A DNA stretch of 62,575 nucleotides, filler included, from Choristocarpus tenellus KU-1152 (taxonomy: Eukaryota; Protista; Phaeophyceae), in assembly GCA_964200185.2 (NCBI GenBank). It is 9 parts of 9 records of this genome, joined end to end, with 100 filler letters (N's around TTAATTAATTAA, not from the genome) between each part and the next. Parts side by side here need not be neighbours in the genome. Positions count along the whole stretch, not along the records: positions 11,326 to 20,017 come from CAXNAD020004439.1; positions 20,118 to 26,984 come from CAXNAD020007180.1; 7 more parts are not named here. One strand, given 5' to 3'. The translations under genes and the position numbers were made by a program. The notes beneath the pieces were generated by a model. The model worked only from the letters and a program-made list of their open reading frames with translations. It had not been told where the DNA came from and did no database searches. Below, piece by piece: positions 11,326-23,138 of the stretch (within the stretch, counting starts at the first letter, position 1; every line of letters starts with the position of its first letter).

Positions 11326-11960
11326 GTGGTCAAGCACTTCTGACTTCGTGTCCAACGTCAAGTTGGACCGCTTTGTTCCATGGCCCCTCCTGGAAGGGGC
11401 ACTAGATTTCTGCCCACGGTTGCCAGCTGCAGCACCAGACGAGCTACCATTCAGTGAGCCGAGCGATGAAGCCGATAACAATGCGCCCTTGCCGTTAGCG
11501 TCTGCGACTTGCTGCAGTGCCAAGCACTGCCCCTCACACAAATGTTTGCTGTCATCGTCAAGTTGGGGATCCTTTACGCCATATATACCATGGAGGTACC
11601 CACCGCACTTACGGCACTTACTTGTGGATTGTGTAGAAAGGCGGACCCGGTGTGTTTGAAGGCATCTTGCAGAGGTTTCCCGTGGCACAAGGCATGGCTT
11701 TCACTTTATTCCCCTAACAGCAACGTGCTGTACTGCTTCTGTATGGTCATTACTCAGGAAGAAAGGCACTCGTCGCGAGAAATGTTTACGCGCGCGCAAA
11801 ACTCGCGTGAATGTCTCTGGAAGTTTGTGCCAAATCGCCCGAATACGAGAATTCCGGTACAAAAGCCTATTTTCTTTAGCATGTCGAAAAAAGTGGGTAC
11901 AAAACTGCATATTTTTCGATTTGGTTCATAATATTTGGCCCAAAATAGGAGTACCTACTA
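11326..11960 (-). mobile_element. 5' end of a pogo/Tigger-like DNA transposon; frameshifted N-terminal Cys/His domain followed by the start of a CENP-B/psq-type HTH
   Basis: ATG at 11695 gives MPCATGNLCKMPSNTPGPPFYTIHK, then a frameshift into CRKCGGYLHGIYG...HLCEGQC...KRSNLTLDTKSEVLDH (cf. KR..LTL..K.EVLD). Putative terminus ta|TAGTAGGTACTCCTATTTTG at 11960-11941. Confidence 0.55.
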
Positions 11961-12899
11961 TATACTTATTTTTTAAGTTGAACTGTCTCATTATAGAATT
12001 CTAAATGTTACAACAAAGAAAACAAGATCGAAAATTGACGAAACAAGAGAAAACTCCAGATACTGGAAGAGAGGTAGAAGTAGTAGACTGTTGGGTACAA
12101 AATGAGGAAAGGGGTATGTGGTACAACCACCAAATTCTGGACAGAAGTTCCAACTCAATCCTTTCACCATTCGCATAGAACAGATTCCCTCCAGATATTG
12201 AGGTTCTGGGCAGAGTCACCTCTCTTAAGGGAGAAGACGACACATCAAATTCGATTCGAGGCTACACCTTCACACAAAACTAGAGACAAGCTGGTATATC
12301 CAGGACGAACGCATATGCTGGGGGCTAGAAGACTGGACGCGTGTGCAATTGATACATATTCGATGCCCTTCCTAAGCTATACACACTTTCTTCGTAACGA
12401 GAAGAACCCTTCATATGTCAAAGATGATCGACTTTGGTGATAGGGTAGTGAAGCTGGAGTGAACGAGTGTTGAAGAGCTAAACCAACGAGCAACGGCTCC
12501 TGATTCGATGTATCGATAGCTCAGCTTATTTTTCTCGATACACAAAAATAGCTTCAGATCTACAATCCAGCAGATATTTTCAGGGGTGTGGAGGAAAGTT
12601 CCCAGATCGCACGAGAGAGGATTGAAGAAGCTGTAGGACATGCCAATGGCGCCTGGATACTTTGAGGGCGCCCCTGTATAGAATATGCAGCGTAACGTTT
12701 TGTAGGGGCGGGGAAACGTGCGTCTTCTTACGGCTTTGTCCTGATGAGATTGTTTTCTAGCCTTACCTTTGAATGGAAGCAGCTACTCGCAGACCTCGGG
12801 TTATATCTTAGACATGGAACTCAATTGCAACCCCCTAAAATAGATTGAGATAGAATGAGCTGGAATAGTGCTGGGACAAAGTAGTTTTACATTGTATGA

Positions 12900-15600
12900 T
12901 CACAGAAGGATGAAATGAGGCAAACTTGACTCAGTGCTGATACTGCTACAGTACCTGGATGTTCCCAGTAGAGGTTACTTGAAAAATGGTCCTATCGATC
13001 TGTCTTGTTGCCTTGACCATTAAGTTTGATTCAACACGCTGAGACTTCCCCCAGACTGGATCAGGTAAGGAGCATTGACCCACAAGAAGTCCAAGCTCTC
13101 TTTGTCTACTCACCTGATATCTGAGTGTCAGAGCTGTTTGTGTTCGTGGGATGTGTTTTGGTATTTGTACCTTGCTGAGTGAACCATACTTGACACGAGT
13201 TTCCGCATGTCTCTGAGATATTCAGCACCTGATCTGTGCCTAAGCACCATCAAATGTGCATCTGATGTGTACCTTTTATGATGTAGCGTACTGTACGGTG
13301 ATAAATGGACTACTTGTGAATATGATAGGAGGTACCTGGATTTGTGTTTTGTCAGCGTAGCTTCATGTTTTTGTGGTCCCAATGAGCCCCAAAGCAGGAT
13401 CATCACTACCACTGCCATGTGCTAATTTTTAAAATTTGTATTAAGTTCTAAAAACGTGTCAGCATAATTGGGTCATTTTTTTTTCTACAATTTAAGGACT
13501 GATCTATTTCCTCGTTTATTCATAAAGTGCTGTAGATGTCATGGGGGGAACAGAAGCAAATGTATGAGAACTCAAGAAACACAAATATTCTCTATTGCTA
13601 ACAAATGTGTTGTATATATCAACAACCACATTGATGTTGAGGACCTTTGAAACTGAGAATCGTGTTTTAGGAGGTTGATAATAAGCATTGATTGGAGACT
13701 GAAATAAAGTGATGACTTAACCAGACCAATGGGAAAAGAATTACGAGCAGATTGCAAGACTCCTGGGACTAGTTACTAATGAGACAGTCAGGAGTGACAC
13801 AGAATGATAGCTTATATCTCTTAACTATTTGTACAGGTGAGTGTAAGACTAGTTTGTTTGTGGAGGTTATCATGGGACATTGTGAGATGACAAGAGGAAA
13901 ACACAAGTGTCTATTGGTTGACAACTCATGTGGTCATACATGAAGTGAGGATGTTTCTTAGATAGGGGTGCACCTTACCATCACTGGAGCACTACTAGAG
14001 AACACTAACGTAGTATTATTGGGGTACGAACCTGAGTCATACTATTTTTCAGTGGGTCACTTGGTATCTGTTAGGAGTGATTTTCTGTATTTTTTATTTT
14101 TATGTAGTTTTGAGCAAAACATACCTGAGCAAATAAATTTCAAAATATTTGGTCTGGACACTCCTTCATACTCATTCCCTTTTGATGTGTTCAAGTGTCA
14201 CAACACACTTGCTGGCCCCAAATGGATTCTGATTATAATTTGTTCAGTTTGTGCAGATCTGATTAACCTTCTTGAGAGGAAATGGTAAGGGACAGCATAA
14301 ATGCAGCAAGATGAAGACACGAAATAGGAGGACATTTTGTAAAACAGAACCATTGTCCCTTTGTGCATGCCTTTACCAGAGCCAGTGCATGTAGAAATAT
14401 ATGGTTGATTGTCTTTTCCCATGTGAGGAATTTTTGTAAATCAGATTAGGAGATGTCATAAAATCTTAGAGATGTTCTGTTATTCCTACTTAGTTGTACT
14501 AATGATGAGTACTACAACTGGATTTTTTTTCATCTTTAGGATATTTTCATGAAGGACAAGTATGAAGTATGTTTGGAAATGTGGGGACAAGCTGGATCTC
14601 ATGAAGTTGGTTTGAGCTCCCAACTCCTGATGCAACTCTTAATCTACTGTTTTAGGCCTAATTTGGAGAAAATAGTTCAGTCCAAAAAAGCATATCGCAG
14701 AAATCCAAAATGTAAAAAAGTTTGCTACACATAATTTTATTCCATGAAAATAAGATGGAATGAAAACTGAAGTTAGAGTAGCTGCCTTGACTAACACGAC
14801 AGTGTGAAATAGATAAAATTCTTGTTTTTGGGGGTATTTTCGTTTTGTTACTACTTCCACAATTGTGTTAACTGTTTCTTATGTGAAACTGTCATCGGAA
14901 TGCTGATATTATGTAGGACTGATACGATCTGCGTAAAAAACTTGAAGATATTTTGAAGAAAAAAGGTGATTTGGGTACTCCAATTATTATCGGCTCAGAT
15001 TTGGTGTTTTTGTTTGCAGCTTTGATGTTGCTATTGCTGCCATCTTCCACCACAAGTTCCACCTCATGATCTTCCTATGAAATCTTATCTACTTATGCCT
15101 CTCTACTGATTTTATTGGCATCTCCAACTCTTATCTATCTTCCCATTCATACGGAACATTTGAAAATTGAGTAGATCTTCCTTCAATATTTTGAACCCCG
15201 TATGATTTATGTTGACATCTCCAGCATGGCATGGGAAACCAGGTGTCCGAAGTCAGCTGGTTTCCATCCACCCTAGCCTGACCTGATTTCTCACTTGTGC
15301 AATCGTCTTCCCCTTTCCATACCAAGAGCTGTCTGATTGCTTCTCATGTTCATGGATAGTGCAGCCCCTTGTAAAACCCATATTTATGTTCACACCACGC
15401 ATGTAATGTTCTCTGCCAAGCCACATTATTGAACATCCTATTGGTGGGTTGAGTTTTGAATACTTTAACACCCCATGATGCCAAAACAACCATGGGCTGA
15501 AACTTTGGCGTACAAGAATGTGAAAAAACTTTCTGGCAACTTAAAATGGTACAGAGACTGGCAGTAAGAGAGGCACCTTAAACTCTTGTTTTTTGGCAGG
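12900..15600 (-). mobile_element. Degenerate Ty1/copia pol remnant (integrase to RT/RNase H)
   Basis: Scattered fragments such as TSDAHLMVLRHRSGAEYLRD (cf. P.E.H..AAKRVLRYLKGT) near 13200-13270 and integrase-like pieces near 15200-15400. No long ORF; boundaries approximate. Confidence 0.35.
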
Positions 15601-17748
15601 TAACCAAATTTCAACAGTTATATCGTATTTCCTAATTAATGCTGTGTAAGGATGAGCTCAATCCCATCAAGTTGAGGTGAAAGGAGCTGCACTTCTTATT
15701 GGATTCCACTTGAACAAATACACTTCCAGCCCAAAAAGGTGCAAATGACTCCACTTTCTCCTTCCAAGTTTCTGCCTGCTGCCCCTTGGCCAAGAAACTC
15801 TTGTCAACCATTCTGAATTTCTCTATTTCCTCTTAGGCAACATGTCTAATGGAATCTTCCACTCGTTTTTTGCAGCAGGTGTGTGAATCCTTGCCTTGTC
15901 TTACCTTGGCTCCCCCCTTTTTATTTTTTGCATTTCATGTCTGCAAGGGGCTCTGAGGCTGGTCCTCTCGACTCCTTGCTTATTATAATTCACCGTTGCA
16001 AAATTTTTCCTTGAAAATTAGATTACTCGAGATTGGCTTCAAGTTGATAGGTGACACGCTCATATTCTTGTCTCTTGTAGGCAAGGTCATAGGTAAGATG
16101 GATACGGGGCAGAAAAGGGGAATGTCAGATAGCCTGTCCAAGGATGCACAATTCAGTGAACGCACCATGCAACTTACCACTGCAAAAGGCGTGACTTCTA
16201 AAATGGCATAAATTATAGTGAATGGCGAGGGATCGAAAGCATTTTATCCTCTTAATGAATCAGTCAGTTACACACTTCTGAATAATTTTGATAGTAGAAA
16301 GAGCTTATTGATTGGCACCAACCCTCTTACATGAAGTTGCAAAGAAAAATCAAGGTTGTTGGTCAACTTCTGTTCTCCTTGACCAAATATGATCTCCTCC
16401 AGTGTCTTTCTGCAAGCTAGAAAAAGCTGGGATCTATTGGGACTTGCACAAAAGCCCCCCAATTTTCACGCAGAGAACAGGTGAAATTGCACAGAGAAAG
16501 GGATAAGTGCATTCCATAGGCTTTTACCTGATAACATCAACACAAGCAATCACTGTTTATTGAGTGATATAATGGCAATTGGGGCAGACCGATTGAACGG
16601 CATGTCATAAAAATGAAATTAAAAAAAACTTGCTACCGCTTTGCTATGAAATATTGATATCATCAATTACTTCTACATAACTCAGACAGCCAATGTTGAT
16701 GTGGCACAGCCCACATGATGGATGAGGACAGTAAGTCCAACTGTAATATCTGATTAGCACAAGAAGTATATATGTAATTTTGCACTACTCACCAGCGTAT
16801 CATATGTTCCCTTCTGGTCAAAAGAAGGTGCTCAACACAAACTACTTTAGAGGCAGAGGGAAACCTTGTGTCACTCTGGTGCCATTTCGCCCACTGCAGG
16901 TCAACCCTCCTGGGCATTGGAAGTCGGCAGTGGTACATTATGGATGTTGCAAGGACTGTTGCTTGGCAGGATTGTTGCAACACCTGTGTGTATGAAGATT
17001 TGAAAAGGGAGGGATTATATCAACAAACCATAAGATACCAAGCACACTAAAGTGGTTTGTTGCGAGAAATCTGTCTGTAAATCTGAATAGTCTAGCACAT
17101 AGATTAAAACTTTGTAACACATAGAGAGGAGATCGGATGTCAATTTCAGAAACTAAGACACCGTATTTTGCACCATTGATATTTAACGTAGAATATTTTG
17201 AACCCAATGAGATGAAAGAAATATAATTCGCATTTACAACTGTTACTTCCATAGAAGTTCTTGTTGTTGGATTGGTTCTCCCCTAGCACATCTCGAAATT
17301 GTAATTAGAATAACAATATGTAATCCCAGATTTTAGTGGGAGATCTTCCATCAGAATAAATCCACAACATCTATTTCAGAGGCCATTCCACAATTATGGC
17401 TCGTGAAAACAGAAGGAATAATAGTAAAAATATGTTTATTCTCTTTCCGAACAATTTATATATTTTAAACAAATATTACCTCCAACATGTAGCTTCTTCG
17501 TTTCTACCTTTGTATTTAGGCTCTCACTTTATACGTAATCTTCATTCTTCTTGATGTGTCCTACACAGTACTCATAGCAACTCCCCACTAGTCTCTCCCT
17601 CTGACCCTCACTCACAGGGTAGACTTCGAAACCCTACTAATTGCATGGTTGATTGGGTTGCTCTTCTTGAATGCTGAATGTTTGTTTCTAAACAAATCTT
17701 TTTGCGACTAAAGTTACACGGTTATTCAGTGAGCAAAAATTAGCAGCA

Positions 17749-18377
17749 ATGAAGTGGAGTAGACCTTCGATCCTTGCTGCTGTGCCATCGTCTAATGGTG
17801 TTATTTATGGCTTGGGAAAGCTGGTCGTGGTTCTGTTGTTAGGAGGACTGCTTTCCTTGATATTCCATGCACCACAGCATTCAACCCTTGTGTCGGTCAA
17901 GACGTCTCCTGTCGGATTGGGCGAAAGGTCCACAGCATGTACCAAGTGTCGCCCCCGGTTCGCGTTGTGCTTCTATGGACTTTCAAGGTCTCTACCGTGG
18001 ACAATTCAGAGCGTTCAACAGCGAGTTTTCGACGTACTGGATAGGAATGGGGCGCAGTATGATGTGTTCGTACACACCTACAGCCTTGAGGAGGTGATGT
18101 CAAGATACAGGACGAGGATAGAGCGAATAGTGTCAGCACCGGCGATGGGTTATTTATCTGGTACTTCAATTTGAAGGAAAGAGAAATAACAAGAAATTAA
18201 GTACAATCAGTAGAATTTCCTTCCCTCCATTGTGCTCTCCCCCTACCAATAGCAATTGTAGTCGCGAGTTCATCGTTTCTTTGCTGTGGGCCTTCAGGTG
18301 AACAATGTAAGGGCTGGCGAGGTGAGCACGAGCTATGAAGCACACTTGCAGGACTACACCCTCCTAAATGCCACAAG
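17749..18377 (+). CDS. Type II membrane, putative glycosyltransferase-like protein, 5' part; exons 17749-18093, 18298-18377
   Basis: ATG 17749; hydrophobic anchor LVVVLLLGGLLSLIF; then RFALCFYGLSRSL...YDVFVHTY. Donor gag|gtgatg; acceptor ttcag|GTG continues in phase (VNNVRAGEVSTSYEAHLQDYTLLNAT); next donor ag|gtgagt. Later exons not found on this contig. Confidence 0.75.
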
Positions 18378-19975
18378 GTGAGTCTTCATGGTGCGTTATG
18401 TCAAAACTGATTGGTCTACACTAGTCACACACGATGTGATAGTCGTACTTCATTATGGTTTCTTACGACCCCAGCTCATTCCCCAACAGAGCAAGGTATG
18501 AGATAGGTTGGTAATAGGTTGGCGGGGTGCTATAAGTGTGTTCCGGAAGACGTATAACAGCGCTATCCGCGTAGAGTGAAGAGGCATACCTTCATACCAC
18601 CCCGTCGCCCACCGACATTTCTTTGGTCGGTTTACTCCGAATTTCCTCCTACTGAAGTACTATATCAAGGTTGGCACGTTACCCCCCATGACATATCTTG
18701 TACCAGAATGGTGACCTGTGCTTGTAGCATTGCTGCCGAATGTTTAAAAACCATCTGAAACAAGACCTTCAAGTACAGAGGAGCTGCATACCAGCAGTTA
18801 TTTTTTACATGTTTTGTCATGATGAAGTCATTTAGAATAGCTGGCCACATAAATGGTTTCCTGCAAATTTGAGCACTTCAAGTATACCATCAACTTGTCA
18901 TTTTAGCTTGATGAGTGATATTCGGCATTGTTGGTAAGTTTTGGATGTGGTATATCATACCTTCTTCTGGAGGAGCATACCTTGACAATGTGTGTGTGGC
19001 ACCCTCCTGAGGATTGACTGCTCAAAGATCCATTGTACTCTGTGGGTTGACATGCACATTAGCCATCGGCGTGTTATTGGTCAATAAACCAAGGGCTAGA
19101 TCACACCTGGGTTTGAGTTAGTGTTGGGTTTAGATTTGTGTTGGGGGGTGGCTAAGGATCAGGGTTGCAGATAGGAGCTTAGCATCATTCTTAGTGGTAC
19201 TCAAGAACTCTGATTTTTTAGAAGAGTCGATGTGTGGAAAGGGAAGGTCATGGCGTTTTTTGTAACTTGAGGAAAGCCTTGTTTTTTTGGTAGCAAAGAT
19301 TATTGACTCAGACTTCTGAGTGTTGGAGATCGAAATGTATGTGACACTCTTTGTTGTGCAGTGAGATTTACCAAGCCTTCCACCAAGAAGAAAGCGCATC
19401 ACTATACAGGCATGAGGTTACACTTACATCACTAATTAAAATGCTGTTGTTGTTGATCATTAGGAAGCATCTTTGTTGTGATGTTTTATCCCAAGTGTGT
19501 CCAAGTCTGAAGAAAATACTAAAAAGTTGGAATCATAATTCTGGCTTCCAGCTTTGTGGCCTTGATTCGGAGGATTTGACAGCTGCTGGGTGTTGAAATG
19601 TATGCTCTTGAGCATTGCAGTAGGCACAGAGTGGTTGGATTTCCCCTGTTGGAATTCAGGGCTCAGAGACATGGGGTAGGTAAATATTCAAAAGAGCTGG
19701 AGTTGCCAAAATTGTCCTCAGAAAAATGGCAGGTCATTGAGCTGACTATTCAGAGGAATACAGATGATATTTTTCTGAACAGAGACCCATCTGTGAGATA
19801 CTAGGGAATGTGTCCTGAGAAACCCACACTAGACTATCACAGAGTCGCTACTCCTGAGCCTAGAGGTCAGGAAACATCAGTACTAAATAGATTAATATTG
19901 AGCGGCATTATGACCGACTTAGAGCAGGTGGGTGAAAGTGTCTGTGGGGGGGTGCCGTCGTCTGCTTTTGACCCT

Positions 19976-20017
19976 GACTCAAAGTATCTAGGGAGGGGTG
20001 GTGGCTGTCCATTTGCG
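19976..20017 (+). mobile_element. MITE family B, truncated by contig end
   Basis: gactcaaagtatctagggaggggtggtggctgtccatttg matches the copies at 50587 and 62498. Confidence 0.8.
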
Positions 20018-20117
20018 NNNNNNNNNNNNNNNNNNNNNNNNNNNNNNNNNNNNNNNNNNNNTTAATTAATTAANNNNNNNNNNNNNNNNNNNNNNNNNNN
20101 NNNNNNNNNNNNNNNNN
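20018..20117. other. Artificial assembly linker 3
   Basis: N44-TTAATTAATTAA-N44. Confidence 0.99.
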
Positions 20118-20136
20118 CTATCCATGAAGCTTATGA

Positions 20137-20356
20137 TTGATTTCCCAGCTCACCACAATTAATCACTCGATTCCACGATTGATTTTCCAGCTCGCCACGA
20201 CTAATTAGTCGCTTCGACGATTTATTCCCAGCTCACCACAATTAATTAGTCGCTTCGATGATTGATTTCCCAGCTCACCACGATTAATTTCTCGATTCAA
20301 CAATTGATTTCCCCCGAATGCCACAATTAATCAGTGACTTCGACGATTGATTTCCC
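20137..20356. repeat. Tandem array of about 42 bp, 5 copies plus a partial, near a pogo-like terminus at 20437-20456
   Basis: Unit resembles ttgatttcccagctcaccacaattaat(c/t)agtcgcttcgacga. Downstream caaaatctgggcacctactg|ta reads TA|CAGTAGGTG... on the minus strand. Confidence 0.85.
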
Positions 20357-20535
20357 GGTTTTGTACCAAGTGGTACAAAAATATATTGTGTCACATCATT
20401 TCTATACCGCTTTTTTCGGGCATGCCCATGGGTGAACAAAATCTGGGCACCTACTGTATTTTGAAACTTCGATAATATTTTGGAATATTTGCACGTATGC
20501 CCTATATGAATTAAATAGGATACATTGAAATTATA

Positions 20536-20792
20536 GAGTGAAAGTATCTTAGAGGGTAAGAGTTTTGCCCTGTTTGTCCATTTGGGGCTTGGCTTCCCAC
20601 AGGTTTTTAATGACATTTTAGCTACTCCAAAATGTTTTTGAGTAGATATAATGCATGTTATGAAAAGGTATGTCCGGAACAAGGACATTTACATCTCCTA
20701 ACAATCATGATAGCCAAAATTACATCAAAATTGCAACATTGGATATTGGCCCCCAAATGGACGCGGCTCTACCCTCTAAGATACTTTGACTC
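20536..20792 (+). mobile_element. MITE family A, complete copy
   Basis: GAGTGAAAGTATCTTAGAGGGTA ... TACCCTCTAAGATACTTTGACTC, with tata on both flanks. Confidence 0.9.
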
Positions 20793-20949
20793 TATAGTCG
20801 TATGTACTTCCTCTCACGCAAAGTATATTTGATGGAGATTTTTGACCTCACAACTCGCGCATAATTGGAGATGTAATTTTCTTCCATGATACACATGTCC
20901 AACTTCAAATCATCACCTTCAAACAAGTCCGACCTCAACGACTGAGTTT

Positions 20950-22300
20950 TTTGCATTCTCGAGAATGGTGTTGGTGAATGTAGAGCACCTTGTCTTGGGG
21001 GTTGAAAATCAGGCTTGAAACCGAAAAATCATACAATAATATCAGGTCCATCAACCAAGCACACTCGCAATAAGGAACCAGTACCTAAGAGTGGAGAGGT
21101 GATACAAGCACATGGATCAAACGACATATTTTCCCTGCCTCTTTTAGTAAAGTAGTTCAGGGGTTTGTAGAGTTTTTTTGTGGGTGGATTTTTCAAGATG
21201 AAAGGTGTGTTGAATAAGATTTGAGATTCGAATGCCCTTCGACAGGCGTAAGATGGGGCAGCTCGTCGGCCTTCGACCGAGAGAATAACAGGAGTAACTC
21301 TTTGGTTATAGCATAACCTAAAATACCTGTACTGATCCCGAGTAGAGTTGTTGGTGTAGTACAACAGTCCCCAACATAGATGCCGATTTGGATTAACCCT
21401 CTTTCCTTGAACAATTTAAACCATTTAAACACTTTATCTATCAAGCAGACGCCTGAAATGGTCGTCCTTAGAACGGCGAGGAAGGTCAAGTGATTCCAAT
21501 AGCAGGTAAGTGGATTGACTATCAGAAACTGAGTAGTGGATCAGTGGTGATGATCTCCTGGCTTGTGCAAACAAGTGGAGCTTAATACTCACTGTGCAAA
21601 GTGTTCTTCAATCTGTTGTATAGAAAGCGGAGTCCATTTGTGTTTCTATTTGATCAGAATTTATGTCTAGATTATTCTTGTTCACTGATGTAAAGGCTTC
21701 TTCGAAGATTCAATTCAATATTTTTGAGGGAGAACACTCTGTACAGGTCGCTCATATCTGCCTCTCAGCTTGAATAATGCGGGAATTTCAATCCTTACTT
21801 CACAAACGTTAGGAATAGAATTGTGTACTACTGGTGTTCATGGTCGGAGCATCAGGGATAACTGGCAAGAATGCGTTTGCTAATGAGATGCGTGTATAGC
21901 TTAAGGTGTCCCATTGCCCCAGTCATTGTCTGCAAAGATCGAGCCCACAGATTGTGTTGTATACTTTGAAGTATTGGATTTAATCTACGCTCTTGTCCTT
22001 TACAGAACAGCTTAAATGAAGGTGTAGAACAGTTGCCTCCCTGTTGGTATTGGCAGCATGCCACACAACTTCTCTTTGACGCCAAGGATTTTTACAACAT
22101 TTGTGCTGATGGAGGAGCACTGTGAGGAATGGATCATGGCACGAGGTAGAGGAGGAAATCGTTAGGCGAGGGCAGGAGTGGTTTGTTATTGCAATACTTC
22201 CTGAGTGGAGTGTGGCGTGTGAAGTGTGTAATACTTCTTGGAGAATCACTCCTTTTCCTCAAATCATTGAAAATGGACAAGGCAAGGAACTTAGGGTCAG
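20950..22300 (-). mobile_element. Degenerate Ty3/gypsy integrase remnant
   Basis: ILQEVLHTSHATLHSG...HKCCK resembles the integrase H2C2 region. YYTNNSTRDQYRYFRLCYN...VILSVEGR resembles the WD..L..I.FAYN...SP..L..GR region. Very decayed. Confidence 0.4.
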
Positions 22301-23138
22301 TTGGCATATGAGACGCTGATGTAGACCCAGTGACAGAGTCCTTGTTGAAGCCATTCTTTTACAATGTAAGAAGCATGCAAGAGGTGGTAAACCAAGTCTT
22401 CATGGGATAGCTAACTTATGCAAAAATGCGAACTTGTTTAGGAGCTGGTATGTTGGAAAGGTTTTGTTGACAGTGATTAGTGTAATTCTGGCCCAACTGT
22501 CTCAGGTTACAAGCGGCAAAGAAAAATGGTTGTAATGTTAAATAATTTTTCATAAATCAATGCCTGTCTGTGATAGTATTTCGAATATGTGAAACAAACT
22601 TGGAAAGCCACTGTACGATGTTTGACACCTGTAAAATCCAACCTAGTCGCTGGTTTTTAGGGTGGCATCAGGTAGAGAACACTGTGGCTGGAATAGATGC
22701 CTCAACCTACCATCTTGTGCCTGAAGGAGGACAAGTATTGATTAAAAAAATGAACAATCCGCATTGATCGTAAGCACGTTTTTTCAATCCGTTTTTCAAA
22801 AACAGAATATTTCTTGTAGAGGTGTATGTGTTTGAACAACACCACTGTCTGTATATACCTTTATCCTCTTCCATGGATGATGGGAGATACTATCTAGGCT
22901 GTGTGCGAGCGGTAGTTGTCTGCTTTCCTTGTGCAAGGACCGGTCATAAGCACCAACAATACTTTTTTTGGTTGAATTAAGTTGCAACAGCACAATCTTT
23001 GCAAACCTTGTCATTTTTCTTAGTAGGTACCATTCATTATCAATACCTCCCCCTGTCCACCTCTCACTTGCACACCAAAAAGTGCTTGCCGATGATGAGT
23101 AATATACTACCCCCACACATTGACTCTACTACTATATA

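Noticed and set aside
20137-20356. Possible CRISPR array
   Set aside because: Units are contiguous diverged copies with no unique spacers, no cas genes are present, and the context is eukaryotic.
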